Below are positions 44,490-54,826 of a DNA stretch of 64,000 nt, one piece after another. Under the pieces are notes generated by a model. That model ran no database searches and was not told where the DNA came from. It saw nothing but the letters and a program-made list of their open reading frames with translations. The stretch is from contig OZ219754.1 of the NCBI GenBank assembly GCA_964291295.2, forward strand, positions 1,184,001-1,248,000, given 5' to 3'. The position numbers and the translations under genes were made by a program. The stretch is from an uncultured Candidatus Binatia bacterium (GTDB lineage: Bacteria > Desulfobacterota > Binatia > UBA9968 > JAJDTQ01). Position 1 is the stretch's first letter, and every line of letters starts with the position of its first letter.

Positions 44490-45053
44490 ATGGACCCCGG
44501 TGATGAGATCGTGACCATCGTGGACCAGGGCAACAATGTCGTCGGCGCCGCCACCCGGCGGGAGATGCGGGCGAGACGACTGCCGCATCGCAGCACCTAC
44601 ATCCTGGTGTTCAACTCCCGGGGCGAAGTTCATGTCCAGAAACGGACGCGGACCAAGGATGTGTACCCGGGATACTACGATCCAGCGGCCGGCGGCGTCG
44701 TGCTGGCCGGCGAGAGCTGCCTTGCGGGAGCGTTGCGCGAGCTTGAGGAGGAGATGGGCATCCGCGGCGTTCCGCTCGAGAGCCTGTTCGAGTTCTATCA
44801 TGCCGACGCCGGCAGCCGGGTCTGGGGCGCGGCCTACCGGTGCCTTCACGACGGCGTCGTGACGCTGCAGGAAGAGGAAGTGGAGAGCGGCGCCTTCATG
44901 GCGGTCGACGAAGTGTTCCAGGCCGCGGCCACCAAGCCGTTCACTCCCGACGGGCTGTACGTGCTGCGGCGTCATGTGGCATCCACGGGGATGCATTGGA
45001 AAGGGCCGGCGGCTGGTGACGGAACCCATCGTTCAGATCGCCGGCGTCCTTGA
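44490..45053 (+). CDS. NUDIX hydrolase (YfcD/IDI-like)
   Basis: GGVVLAGES....ALRELEEEMG Nudix box, QKRTRTKD.YPG. Confidence 0.88.
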   Translation: MDPGDEIVTIVDQGNNVVGAATRREMRARRLPHRSTYILVFNSRGEVHVQKRTRTKDVYPGYYDPAAGGVVLAGESCLAGALRELEEEMGIRGVPLESLFEFYHADAGSRVWGAAYRCLHDGVVTLQEEEVESGAFMAVDEVFQAAATKPFTPDGLYVLRRHVASTGMHWKGPAAGDGTHRSDRRRP

Positions 45054-45705
45054 CGAAGCCGAGGCGCGGATGCTGGCGGAGAGCGGCGCCCACCGGCTCG
45101 GCTTTCCCCTGGGCCTGGACGTGCACCGTCAGGAGCTTGCGGAAGAGGATGCGGCGCTCCTCATCCGGCGCCTGGGCCTGGGTCCGCGCGCCTGGCTGAT
45201 CACCTACCTTGACGAGCCGCGCGCCATCGCGGCGCTGTGCGGCCGGTTGGGTTGCGCCGGCGTGCAACTGCATGGCCCCATGGAGGAGGCCCGGGTGGCG
45301 GCGCTCCGGCGGTTGCGCCCCGGCCTCCAGGTGGTCAAGAGCCTCGTCGTGCGGGACGACAATCTGGCGGAGCTCGAAGCCCGGGCGGCGGCGCTGGCGC
45401 CGCAGGTGGACGGTTTCATCACCGATACCTTCGACCCCGCCAGCGGAGCGTCCGGGGCCACCGGCAAGACCCATGACTGGGCCGTCAGCCGCCGGCTGGT
45501 GGAACGGAGCCCGCGGCCGGTCATGCTGGCCGGAGGACTGACGCCGGAGAATGTCGGCCGAGCCATAAAGGCGGCAAGACCCGCAGGCGTGGACGTGCAC
45601 ACCGGCGTCGAGGATGCCGGCGGCCGCAAGGACCCGGCCAAGGTCCGGGCCTTCGTGGCCCATGCGGGGCAGGCGTTCGCCGCGCTCGCCGGGCGGTCCG
45701 GCTGA
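45016..45705 (+). CDS. trpF: Phosphoribosylanthranilate isomerase-like protein
   Basis: VQLHG, GATGKTHDW, LAGGLTPENV, GVDVHTGVE; N-terminal QIAG in place of KICG. Confidence 0.75.
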   Translation: MTEPIVQIAGVLDEAEARMLAESGAHRLGFPLGLDVHRQELAEEDAALLIRRLGLGPRAWLITYLDEPRAIAALCGRLGCAGVQLHGPMEEARVAALRRLRPGLQVVKSLVVRDDNLAELEARAAALAPQVDGFITDTFDPASGASGATGKTHDWAVSRRLVERSPRPVMLAGGLTPENVGRAIKAARPAGVDVHTGVEDAGGRKDPAKVRAFVAHAGQAFAALAGRSG

Positions 45706-45798
45706 AACGCGGCGGTGCACGGGAGAGTTGCCGGAATGCAGCCGGCCGGTTGCCGGGACGGGGCACCGGCAAGTCCGGGGAAGGGAACGCGAGGCAAT

Positions 45799-46773
45799 AT
45801 GAAACTGGGACTCAGTCCGTTGCAGGGGACGGTGCACTTCGAGGAGACCCTGCGGGAATGCGAGCGCGCGGAGGCGGCGGGGTTCGATTCGGTGTGGCTC
45901 GGCGAGCACCACAACAATCCGGTCCTCTATCCCGCACCGCTCCTGGGGCTGGCCGCCATCGCCGCCCGCACCCGCCGGGTGTCGCTGGGAACCGGTGTGC
46001 TGCTGTTGCCCTTGTATCATCCCATGAGCGTGGCCGAGGAGGGCGCCATGGTGGACATGATCTCGGGGGGGCGGCTCATCATGGGGGTGGGTGCCGGATA
46101 CGCGCCGGAGGAGTTCGCCGCCTTCGGCCTGTCGGTGAAACAGCGCGGCAGCCGGCTTGATGAAGGGGCGGCCCTGCTCCGGCGGTTATGGACCGAAATC
46201 CACGTCACGCATCAGGGCCGCCACTACCACGTGCGGGACGCCACGGTGGGACCGCGGCCGGTGCAGCAACCGGCGCCGCCCATCTGGTTCGGCGCCTGGA
46301 CCGCCCCGGCCATCGAGCGCGCGGCGCGGTTGGGCGACGCCTGGCTGGGGGGGCCGTCGGCGAAGCTGTCGGAGCTGTCGTCGTGCGTGGCCTCCTATCG
46401 GCGGGCGCGCGCGGTGCTGGGCAAGGACGCGGGCACCATCGCGGCGTTCCGCTACGTCTTCGTTGCCCGGACCACGCAGGAGGCCCTGGACTCCGCAGGG
46501 GAGTCCTTTATCCGGGCTTACGAAAACATGTACTTCCGCTGGCCGCACCCGGTCATCAAGCGGCCGTCCGGAGAACTCACCATCGAGCGGTTGGCCGAGG
46601 ACCGCATCATCCTGGGTGACTCGGAGACCTGCATCCGGGAGATCTCGCGTTTCCGGGAGGAACTCGGGCTCGAACACCTCATCTGCCGCTTTTCGGTTCC
46701 CGGCATTTCCCGCGAGGCCTCCATGGCCTCCCTCGAACAGTTCGCGCGGGAAGTCATGCCGGCCCTGCGGTAA
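45799..46773 (+). CDS. LLM-class flavin-dependent oxidoreductase
   Basis: GFDSVWLGEHH, SGGRL.MGVGAGY, RAARLGD. Confidence 0.9.
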   Translation: MKLGLSPLQGTVHFEETLRECERAEAAGFDSVWLGEHHNNPVLYPAPLLGLAAIAARTRRVSLGTGVLLLPLYHPMSVAEEGAMVDMISGGRLIMGVGAGYAPEEFAAFGLSVKQRGSRLDEGAALLRRLWTEIHVTHQGRHYHVRDATVGPRPVQQPAPPIWFGAWTAPAIERAARLGDAWLGGPSAKLSELSSCVASYRRARAVLGKDAGTIAAFRYVFVARTTQEALDSAGESFIRAYENMYFRWPHPVIKRPSGELTIERLAEDRIILGDSETCIREISRFREELGLEHLICRFSVPGISREASMASLEQFAREVMPALR

Positions 46774-46894
46774 CCGTCGTGCGAAGGGATGCGGGAGGAA
46801 GGGTCTCGGGAGCGGTCTGCGGGAACGTCGCGCCGGCATTGCCAGCGGCATTCGCATCGATATTCTCGGCGAACCGGGCCGGGCAGGCCGGAAT

Positions 46895-49800
46895 CTACTT
46901 CTTCAGGCGCAGGTCGGCGCTGATTCCCTCCAGCAGCGCGTTGAGCGAAGACACCGATTCGGACGGCACCTTGGTGTCGCCGTCTCCCAGCATGATGTGA
47001 AGGTGGAACCGCAAGGGGACGCCGGCCGTGGCCGTAATCACGTCCGGCAGCGCTTCGACCAGGTCCTGCAGTTGGTTCGGTTCCAGGTCGGCGGCGCCGG
47101 CGAATGCGCCCTGCGGGACTGAAGGGTAATCGACTTCCGGGTCCGCAACACCGGGCGGTGGCGGTGCTGCCTCGGGTTCCCGCAGCGTCACGGCGGCCGC
47201 TCCGGCGAAATCGCACGGCCACCTGCCACTGTCCGGCGCCAGCGCCAGCCAGCGGGCGGCGAGCGCATCGGTGATGGCTTGGCGCAGGATCGGCCACGGC
47301 AGCGGAGCACCCAGTTGCACGGAGAGCGCGGCGGACAAGGCGAGTGCGCTGGTCGTCCCGTCCTTCCATGCCTCCGGCACTGAGTCCCTGGTCAGCCGCT
47401 CCACTCCCAAGGGCGGCACCGGCGAACGCAGCACCGCGGCATCCGTCAGCACGCCCGGCGGCAGCGCCTCACCCTGGACGCTTGCAGGGCCATGCACCAG
47501 CCACAGGATGCCTTGGCCGACAGCACCGGAAACGGCCGCTTCGACCGCGGCGCGCGGGCAGGCCGGTATGGCCACCGGCTCCTCGTAGCCCTCGCGTGGC
47601 ACGGTTACGGTGTGCCCTTCCGCGAAATAGGCGACGACATCGGCCACCGCCACCGACTCGCCGGCCCACAGTTCCGGCAGCATGCCCGGTGTCAGCGCTT
47701 CAGGGTCGAGTTCCGAAAGCCGCGTCCGGTCGGGCAGGAACAACTCAAGGGCGGGTTCCGCGCGGACGGTTTCGTCGATGGGCGTTCGCCACCAGCTCCT
47801 GACCGACCGGTCGGGCCGGACGAGGGATGCGACGAAGAGGCCGTCGCGCACGCCTCTGTCGATGGTGTCGAAGATCTCCTTGTGCCGGAGCATCTTCGGC
47901 AGCTTCGGATTCTCGGCGAACGCGCCCACCAGGTCCTTCACGCGACGCGACGGTTCGTCCGTGCGCCAGAGATCATAGGGTCCGCCCGGCAGCATCGCTT
48001 CGGCGCTGATGGCGGTGTCCTGGATACGGGTGCGCCGGTCCGCCTTCACGGTGGGGAACAGCGGCTCGGTGCCGACGGTCGCCTTGAACGCCTGGACCTC
48101 GTTGCTGTCATTGACGGTGACGACGATCGTCCACGCCTGGCGAATGGCATCGGGGATGCGCGTGCGTGCCTGCTTCGTCCAGTCGGCGAGCATCCCTTCG
48201 CGCACGGGCTCCTGCGTCCGGCCTTCGAGTTGGCGGCGCACCTCCTCCCAGCCCAGATACTCGCGAATGCGTTGGCGGGCGGCATCCAGGCCGTCGCGCG
48301 AGGGGGTCACCGCCACGATGGCGTTGCGGCGCGTGCGGGGACGGTCCGGTGCGGTGGTCTCGTCGATGAAGCGCCGCGCCGCCGCACTCGGCTTGCCCGA
48401 ATCGGAAACGGCTCCCGGCCCCAGGACGGCAAAATGGAATTCGCCGTCGTCCTGAATGTCGCGCGGCCGCTCCGGCAGCGTGTGCACGCGGGCGCCCGCC
48501 GCGGACGCGCCCTGGGTGAGGCTCTTCGTCCGCCGTACTTCGGCCAGGAGCGTCTCCTCGATGGACTCCGCCGGGACCCGGTTGGTACAGGCGTCGTGGT
48601 GCATCTGCCGGAGGTTGGGCCGGTTGCCGAGCCGCCACGCCCTGGGCAGCGCGCCGTCCGCCTTCGCGGTGCCGTCGAACTCCGCCTCGTCAAGGAACCA
48701 GGACATGTCCGTCCAGCGGCGCAGGCCCTTCTTGAGCTCGATGTGGTCCGGGCGGGTGGCGCCAACGAGCCGCATCAGCTCCGGCGTGTACGCCTTCTGG
48801 CCGATGGGCTGGGAACTCAGGAACGCGGCGCATACGGCCTGCTCCAACTCGCGAAACTTCAGTGCCGGCTGTTCGTCCTGGATGGTTCGCGCCTTGGCGA
48901 GTTCGCCTTCGAGGACGGCGCTCCAGTCGTTGCCGGCGCCATCCGTCACCTCGCGCGTGGCGGTGCCGGCGAGTTCCCGCGCCGCCTCGGCAAGGGCGCC
49001 GTCGCCGGGTGCGGGCAGGAACACGCCGGGTCCCACCAGCGGCGCGGTGTCCCAGGTCTCGGCGTCGCGCAGCGCGATGGCGAAGGTCCTGAGAATGCCG
49101 CGGGTGCGCTGAAATCCGTCGAGTTGAGTCCACTTGGTATAGAAGATATCGGTCAGGTCCGGATGGAACGGCCAGCCTTCGAGGAACCGCTGTTCCGCGG
49201 CCGTCCTGTCCTTGCGCACGGTCTCGTCGACTCTGGCGATATTGGCCACCGCGGCGTGGGCGTGCGGACGAAAGGAGTCCGATTCGGCGATGGATTCCGG
49301 CTCGAAGAAGCGTCGGCGCAGCACCTCGGCCACGTCCCGTTTCTGCACCGGCTGGACACCCTCCTCCCGCTGCCGGTTGAAGATGTCGAAGATCTGCCGG
49401 GTCAGTTCCTTGCCGACCGGGTCGCTTTTCGCAGGGTCGGACGCGAGCAGCGAGGCGACCAGGGCGCAGCGGTCGACCCTGGCCACCGCCTGGCACAGAT
49501 ACTGGAAGAAATCGATCAGCCGGGCGCGCCCGTTCTCCGCCATCGCCGCCTTCTCGCGGGCGTACATCAGCACTTCGTCGATCAGCACCAGGGTCGCGAG
49601 CCCGCGCGCCTGCGGCAGCGACAGCACCTCGGCGAGCAGCGGCTCGGCCGGCGGCGTCTCGCGCTCGTCGTTGGCGCCGTCGGGATGGAGCGCGCGCAAG
49701 CCCGCCTCGCCCGCGATCTGAAACGCGAGCACGCTCCAGGGATGCTTGAGCCAGCGAAGCTCATCCGCCGGTCCGCGCACTTCCATGCCCTTCTCGACAT

Positions 49801-50221
49801 CAAGCTTGTCGAAGCAGAGCGCCGCGACGCGCGACGATGGCAGGGTCGCGCCGACATGGGAGCGAAACTGCTCGACCGCGGGCAGCGCCGGCAACGACGC
49901 CGGGTCGTGCAGGAGGTGGCGCAGCGTTATCAGCGCATGGGTCTTGCCCCCGCCGTAGGTGAGTTCAAGCTGGCGGATGGCCTTGGTGTTCCTGCCGGTG
50001 AGGCGGAGCGCCACGTCACGCACAAGTTCCCGCAAGGGCAAGGTCGGCCAGGTCAGCGCGAAGAACCGGCCCGGGTCCTCGTACACCGGCCGCGCACCTT
50101 TCCTCATCACCACGTCGTGAAGGTCGGCGGCGAAGTCGGCGAGCGAGAGCTCGCCCGTGCGTACGTCCTCGCGCAATTTCACGACCTCGTGCCAGGGTGT
50201 CCATGGAAGGGTCTGCGCCAT
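46895..50221 (-). CDS. DUF499 AAA+ ATPase
   Basis: PWHEVVKLREDV, FAADL, TYGGGKTH Walker A, VLIDE, WPFHP. Confidence 0.9.
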   Translation of the reverse strand: MAQTLPWTPWHEVVKLREDVRTGELSLADFAADLHDVVMRKGARPVYEDPGRFFALTWPTLPLRELVRDVALRLTGRNTKAIRQLELTYGGGKTHALITLRHLLHDPASLPALPAVEQFRSHVGATLPSSRVAALCFDKLDVEKGMEVRGPADELRWLKHPWSVLAFQIAGEAGLRALHPDGANDERETPPAEPLLAEVLSLPQARGLATLVLIDEVLMYAREKAAMAENGRARLIDFFQYLCQAVARVDRCALVASLLASDPAKSDPVGKELTRQIFDIFNRQREEGVQPVQKRDVAEVLRRRFFEPESIAESDSFRPHAHAAVANIARVDETVRKDRTAAEQRFLEGWPFHPDLTDIFYTKWTQLDGFQRTRGILRTFAIALRDAETWDTAPLVGPGVFLPAPGDGALAEAARELAGTATREVTDGAGNDWSAVLEGELAKARTIQDEQPALKFRELEQAVCAAFLSSQPIGQKAYTPELMRLVGATRPDHIELKKGLRRWTDMSWFLDEAEFDGTAKADGALPRAWRLGNRPNLRQMHHDACTNRVPAESIEETLLAEVRRTKSLTQGASAAGARVHTLPERPRDIQDDGEFHFAVLGPGAVSDSGKPSAAARRFIDETTAPDRPRTRRNAIVAVTPSRDGLDAARQRIREYLGWEEVRRQLEGRTQEPVREGMLADWTKQARTRIPDAIRQAWTIVVTVNDSNEVQAFKATVGTEPLFPTVKADRRTRIQDTAISAEAMLPGGPYDLWRTDEPSRRVKDLVGAFAENPKLPKMLRHKEIFDTIDRGVRDGLFVASLVRPDRSVRSWWRTPIDETVRAEPALELFLPDRTRLSELDPEALTPGMLPELWAGESVAVADVVAYFAEGHTVTVPREGYEEPVAIPACPRAAVEAAVSGAVGQGILWLVHGPASVQGEALPPGVLTDAAVLRSPVPPLGVERLTRDSVPEAWKDGTTSALALSAALSVQLGAPLPWPILRQAITDALAARWLALAPDSGRWPCDFAGAAAVTLREPEAAPPPPGVADPEVDYPSVPQGAFAGAADLEPNQLQDLVEALPDVITATAGVPLRFHLHIMLGDGDTKVPSESVSSLNALLEGISADLRLKK

Positions 50222-50392
50222 GTCGTCCTCCCTATGCAGGTTCGGAGACCGTCCGGACACGCCCGGCGAGGCGGATTGCGCGGCAACGTCGCGCAGACCG
50301 GACAGATCCGGACAATGGCCGGTCGATGGAGAACCGTTCTGCTGCGACCGTCCGTGTTCCGGACGGAGGGCGTTCGCAATGGCCGCTTCGAT

Positions 50393-51646
50393 TCATTGCG
50401 AAACCTGCGTTCTGTTGTCGGGCGAACGATGCGCGCCGGGTCGGGTGAACAGACGTACGATGAACCGTTCGCCCTCTTCGACAAGGTCCGGATCCGTTCC
50501 GTTGTGTTCTCTCATGCCGCGCACGATCTTTCTCGGTACCCCCATCCCCATGTGCTCAAGATAGCCGTAGTCCCGCATCACATCCTTCAGGAGCGGATTG
50601 CGCGCGGCCCTCACCCCGGTGCGCATGCGCTCGGGCGTGACCCCGTTCGGAAGTTTTCCGGGCGAGACGATCTCCAGCCGGTCTCGATATACCGTCAGTT
50701 CGACATCGGTGTTGGCCAGAAGGTAGTCTCTGTGGATCAGGGCGTTGACCACAGTCTCGCGAACTGCCTCGTCAGGATATGTCGGCCGCTCGACCCGGCG
50801 CGCGCCACTCTCAAGGACTGCGGTCACGGAGGTGTTGCGCTTGACGAACTCCAGCGCCTGCTCTACAAGGCCGGTTTCCAGAATATCTCCACGCCCGCCC
50901 ATGAGCGGCACCATGGGGCCGCGCAAAGCCCTTCGCTCCCTGGCCGCGTAGTCCTTCTCCGAGCCAGGGAAGGCCGCGGCGTCGATGCCCGCCTGCGGCA
51001 GGAACCGGTTGGGTGCGCTCCCGAACAGCAGCATCCCCGAGAGGCTTGCGCCGTCCTCGACCATGAACTCCGTGTTGACCAGCAGGGTCCGCCCTCCGGC
51101 CTCGTCGCCATCGGCCGGGACATCCTGCTGGCGAACCCGCGCGAAGTAGTCTCCGAGCCGGCGACGGTCGAGGTCGTTGAGGGTGGATCCGGAGACCGGC
51201 CGCAGGTCGGCGCGGAACGCACCGCGCTGCTGCAAGAGCCGGGCGAGCTCCTGCGGCGTAGCCTCCCGGCTCTGCGTGCCGCCCCGGATGTAGTAGTCGT
51301 GCCGGTTGTGGTGCCACCGGCTGTGCAAATCCACGCCGCGGCGCACACGCACCACCGCCACGTCGGCACCGGGGCGCACGTCCCGGACCGTCTCGAAGTA
51401 TGGGATGATGCCCGGCCGGATCTTGTCCCTGCACGCAGTCATCACCCACGCCTCCAGTCGGTCCCGCGTCAACCCGACGACGGTTCCGTCGTCGTCCACG
51501 CCGAGCAGGACCATGCCGCCTTCGAGTTTCGAGAACGCGACGAGTTCCTTGGCGAGATCCTGAGTCTGCAAAACGTCGCGCTTGAACTCGACGCCGGAGC
51601 TTTCGCCGTTGGCGATGATCTCCAGAAGCTCGGTCCGTGTCGTCAT
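50393..51646 (-). CDS. Schlafen/AlbA_2 domain protein with RecG-C/HATPase_c_4 C-terminal domain
   Basis: GESSGVEFK, VAFSKLEGGMVLLGVDDDG; RETVVNALIHRDY, EIVSPG, RNP; ATG 2 nt after the PHP-ATPase stop. Confidence 0.88.
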   Translation of the reverse strand: MTTRTELLEIIANGESSGVEFKRDVLQTQDLAKELVAFSKLEGGMVLLGVDDDGTVVGLTRDRLEAWVMTACRDKIRPGIIPYFETVRDVRPGADVAVVRVRRGVDLHSRWHHNRHDYYIRGGTQSREATPQELARLLQQRGAFRADLRPVSGSTLNDLDRRRLGDYFARVRQQDVPADGDEAGGRTLLVNTEFMVEDGASLSGMLLFGSAPNRFLPQAGIDAAAFPGSEKDYAARERRALRGPMVPLMGGRGDILETGLVEQALEFVKRNTSVTAVLESGARRVERPTYPDEAVRETVVNALIHRDYLLANTDVELTVYRDRLEIVSPGKLPNGVTPERMRTGVRAARNPLLKDVMRDYGYLEHMGMGVPRKIVRGMREHNGTDPDLVEEGERFIVRLFTRPGAHRSPDNRTQVSQ

Positions 51647-51648
51647 GG

Positions 51649-54342
51649 TCAGAATCCGTACTTGGAGCGGCGCATCTCGAAGGCGTCCTTGCCGCCCTCG
51701 AGAGTTTCCTCGACCAGTTCCCGCACGGATGTCGAGTCGATGGAGCCCATATGTTCGCGCGCGATCTTCGCGTGACCGCCGGCGGTCTCGCCGGATGCGG
51801 CGAGACCAAGGATCAGTTCGGCGTCGCCGAGCACCGGGATATTCGCATTGTGTGTCGACAAAACGAACTGCCGGCGCCGCTTTTCCCGTCGCATGATGGG
51901 AACGATGACCTCGGTGATGAAGCGATTGTCGAGGTCGTCTTCGGGCTGGTCCACCACCAGCGGCGCCCTGGAGTCGAGCAGCAACAGCAGCAGGACGGCT
52001 GTCGCCTTCTGCCCTGTGGAGAGTGCGTCCAGCTCCCGCCACACCGGTTCGGCGTCCGGTGCCGTGTTCAGTTCGATGTGGGTCGTGGCGGGCAGTTCGA
52101 GTTCCTCGATCCTCATGTGCAGGTCGAGTCCGGCGTCGGCGATTCGTTCCGCGGCGCCCGGAGGAAGATCGTATTTCGAAATCAGGGCATCCTTGCCTTC
52201 CCGGCAGTGCCGCGCAAGCTCGGGCAGGGACAGAACATCGACATCATGAAGACGTCTCAGCGCAGGGGTGAGGTTGCCTCCGACGGTTCGCAGAAGCACT
52301 TCCAGCGGACTCCGGTCTCCGGCCATGGTGACGGTGACCCTTACCCGGTCTCGGAGCTTCCGGGAAATGCTGCGGGCTGCGTCGTCGATCTCCCGATATT
52401 CGCGCGTGTTGGCATCCTCCCATTCCGCGAGCAGTTTGCGGCGGTGCGCCTCATGTGTCTCCAGGTTCTTCACAAGATTTTCCCGCCGGTCCTTGAGCGG
52501 CCGCAACTCCTCGATCTGCCGGCGAAGGCGAATGAACTCCGCACCATCGATGCTGGACTTCTGAAGATCCCGCAGCAGTCGCTCATAGGCTTCTTCGATA
52601 CCTTTGCGATCCTCGTTCCATCGCTCCCTGATTTCCGCCATTGCCGCATCCGCTTCCGACAGGGCGTCGTCGAACCGGCTTGCGATCTCCTGGAGCCGTG
52701 AACTCAAGGTCGTGAGAACCTGGTCCATCCTGGCCGGGATGTCTGCATCGGGAAGCTCCTTGAGCGCTTTTTCCGACACGAAGGCCGCATCAATGGGAAG
52801 GGTCTCGGCGAGCTCCCTGCGGAGTGTCCGGACCGGCTCCAGACGTTCGCCCAGGATCGAGAACAGGGTCTCCTCCCTGACCAGACGGCTTTTCTCCTTG
52901 AGTCGTTCTTCCAGTCCCGCCTGCTGGAAGCGTTTCTGCGTCTCCTCCAGTCCGGGCAAGGCCGCCAGGCGCTCCTCCAGCGTTTCCAGTTCGCCCCGGG
53001 TGTCCAGGATCCGACGACGCGATTGCTCAAGCGCCATTCGAATTTCCGTCTTCCGACCGGAAAGCGACGGATCGCGTTCCGCAAACCGCTCCAGGAGCAG
53101 GGTGAGCCGCTCGGGGCTCCTTGCCAGTTCGGAGATCTCATGCTGGCCGAACACCTGCACGCCCGGCATCGTGTCCCGGGGCGACAAGGCCAGCAGTTCG
53201 CCCGTCCCGTCCCTTGCGGCGGGTGGATTGGGCACCGTGCGTTCAATGACGTATCGCGTCTCGGACGGGTGGTGCGAACGGACCAGCAGCGAGATTTTCG
53301 TTCCTGGCCGCAGGACGTGCCTGACGACCTCTTCGTGCGCCTTCCGCGCCTCGTCTCCCAGGGGTTCGAGGCCGAGCGCATAGCGCACGCTCTCGATCAG
53401 CGTGGACTTGCCGGTGCCGCGTCCGCCGATCAGGGTGTTGAGGTTGCCGTTGAAGTGGACCGAAGCGCCGTCCAGAAATCCGCCGTCCCAAGTCATTGCG
53501 AGGAGTTCGGCATGGGGTTCGGGCGGCGGGTCGCTGTTCAGTCGAACACGGGAATCCGGGTCGAGAAACGCCTGACGGAGCGCTTCGACCGAGACTTCCG
53601 ACATCTTGATGAAGCAGGAGGCGCTGGCCCGTTTCAGGTCTTCCGGACCGTTGACGTCCGAAGCATTCACGATCGCCAAGGCGCGCGCACGCGCGTGCCC
53701 GGCATCCTTGTTCTCGAGAATGGCCTTGAACCGTTGCGGCGCTTCCCCGACAGGCCCCGGCAGTGCACAGGCAAGCAGGTCGGGCGACTGCCAGACGGCG
53801 ATGCGGGCCTGGCCGCCGAGGGTTTGAAGCAGCCCTCCCTTTGAGGCCACATGCGCGGCCATGACCGTCGCCCCCCAGTCCCGCGCCCTTTTGAGCAGGT
53901 CCGTTGAATCGAGACTGCCCAGCGGGGACGGTTCGCTCGAATCGTGGACGCCGCACTCCCCGATGAACCTTTCCAGGTTTTCGTCCTCGTCCGGATCGAA
54001 CAAACACAGGAAAGGGACGCCGTCCTTCGCCACCGCCTCGAAGCCGCCGAACGCGAAAAGATCGGCCTCGCGGCAGGCCCGGACGAGTGCCCTGGGCGTC
54101 TCGACGCGGTAGTGGTCCGTGACGGCCACGACCTCGACGCCGGCTTCACGGCAGGCCCGGACGATCGCTTCGTTGTAGTCCGCTTCCGAGCGGAACTCCG
54201 TCGGTTTGTCATGTCGCTGGAGATAGGTGAACGGATTGATCTGCAGGGCACACCGGTAGAAACGGGCACCGTTCGGGAGCCGCTCGGCGGATGCCAGGCG
54301 TTCTGAACCCGTGATTGTCGAACCGGATGCTGTCATGGCCAT
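51649..54342 (-). CDS. PHP-like domain fused to coiled-coil ABC ATPase (Ppl/TrlF-like)
   Basis: AVTDHY, GGRGTGKST, LSTGQ, VDQPEDDLDN, THNAN, LEGGKDAFEMR. Confidence 0.88.
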   Translation of the reverse strand: MAMTASGSTITGSERLASAERLPNGARFYRCALQINPFTYLQRHDKPTEFRSEADYNEAIVRACREAGVEVVAVTDHYRVETPRALVRACREADLFAFGGFEAVAKDGVPFLCLFDPDEDENLERFIGECGVHDSSEPSPLGSLDSTDLLKRARDWGATVMAAHVASKGGLLQTLGGQARIAVWQSPDLLACALPGPVGEAPQRFKAILENKDAGHARARALAIVNASDVNGPEDLKRASASCFIKMSEVSVEALRQAFLDPDSRVRLNSDPPPEPHAELLAMTWDGGFLDGASVHFNGNLNTLIGGRGTGKSTLIESVRYALGLEPLGDEARKAHEEVVRHVLRPGTKISLLVRSHHPSETRYVIERTVPNPPAARDGTGELLALSPRDTMPGVQVFGQHEISELARSPERLTLLLERFAERDPSLSGRKTEIRMALEQSRRRILDTRGELETLEERLAALPGLEETQKRFQQAGLEERLKEKSRLVREETLFSILGERLEPVRTLRRELAETLPIDAAFVSEKALKELPDADIPARMDQVLTTLSSRLQEIASRFDDALSEADAAMAEIRERWNEDRKGIEEAYERLLRDLQKSSIDGAEFIRLRRQIEELRPLKDRRENLVKNLETHEAHRRKLLAEWEDANTREYREIDDAARSISRKLRDRVRVTVTMAGDRSPLEVLLRTVGGNLTPALRRLHDVDVLSLPELARHCREGKDALISKYDLPPGAAERIADAGLDLHMRIEELELPATTHIELNTAPDAEPVWRELDALSTGQKATAVLLLLLLDSRAPLVVDQPEDDLDNRFITEVIVPIMRREKRRRQFVLSTHNANIPVLGDAELILGLAASGETAGGHAKIAREHMGSIDSTSVRELVEETLEGGKDAFEMRRSKYGF

Positions 54343-54388
54343 GCCTTGTCCTTCGCCGGCGTTCGAACCGTTCGCTGCGTTGCTGGCC

Positions 54389-54826
54389 CTAACCGAGGTG
54401 GGTAATCTCGACACCACCCCAACGGTCGTTCAGATACTCCGCCACCAGTCGACGGTGGCAATGGTGCGGCTTGTCCTCGCTGCAAAGCAGGCAGCCGTAT
54501 GCAATGATCTCCTCCGGGATCAATTGCTCAATTTGTCGTTGGCGCATGAGTTCGAGGAAGCGGGCCTCGTAGGCTTCCCACGCACCTCCTCGCTTCTTGT
54601 ACTCGTCCAGCAGATCCTTCGTGGGTGCGAGTTCAGGCACGTGGACATATTCCATTCCACAGATCTCGGCGAGAAAGAATGCCAGGTCGTCGCGTTTGGC
54701 GAAGCCGGCGAGTTGCGACACGTTGTGGAGGCGGACATCCACCACGCGTCGAGCACCGGACTCGCGCAGCAGACCAAAGAATCGATCCGCGGACTTCCTG
54801 GTGAAACCGATGGTGAACACCTTCAT
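54389..54826 (-). CDS. DUF488 family protein
   Basis: TIGFT, DVRL, LLCSEDKPHHCHRRLV. Confidence 0.9.
   Translation of the reverse strand: MKVFTIGFTRKSADRFFGLLRESGARRVVDVRLHNVSQLAGFAKRDDLAFFLAEICGMEYVHVPELAPTKDLLDEYKKRGGAWEAYEARFLELMRQRQIEQLIPEEIIAYGCLLCSEDKPHHCHRRLVAEYLNDRWGGVEITHLG

Noticed and set aside
46774-46894. tRNA or att site at the defence island boundary
   Set aside because: No tRNA-like sequence or att-like repeat visible; the other boundary is outside the window
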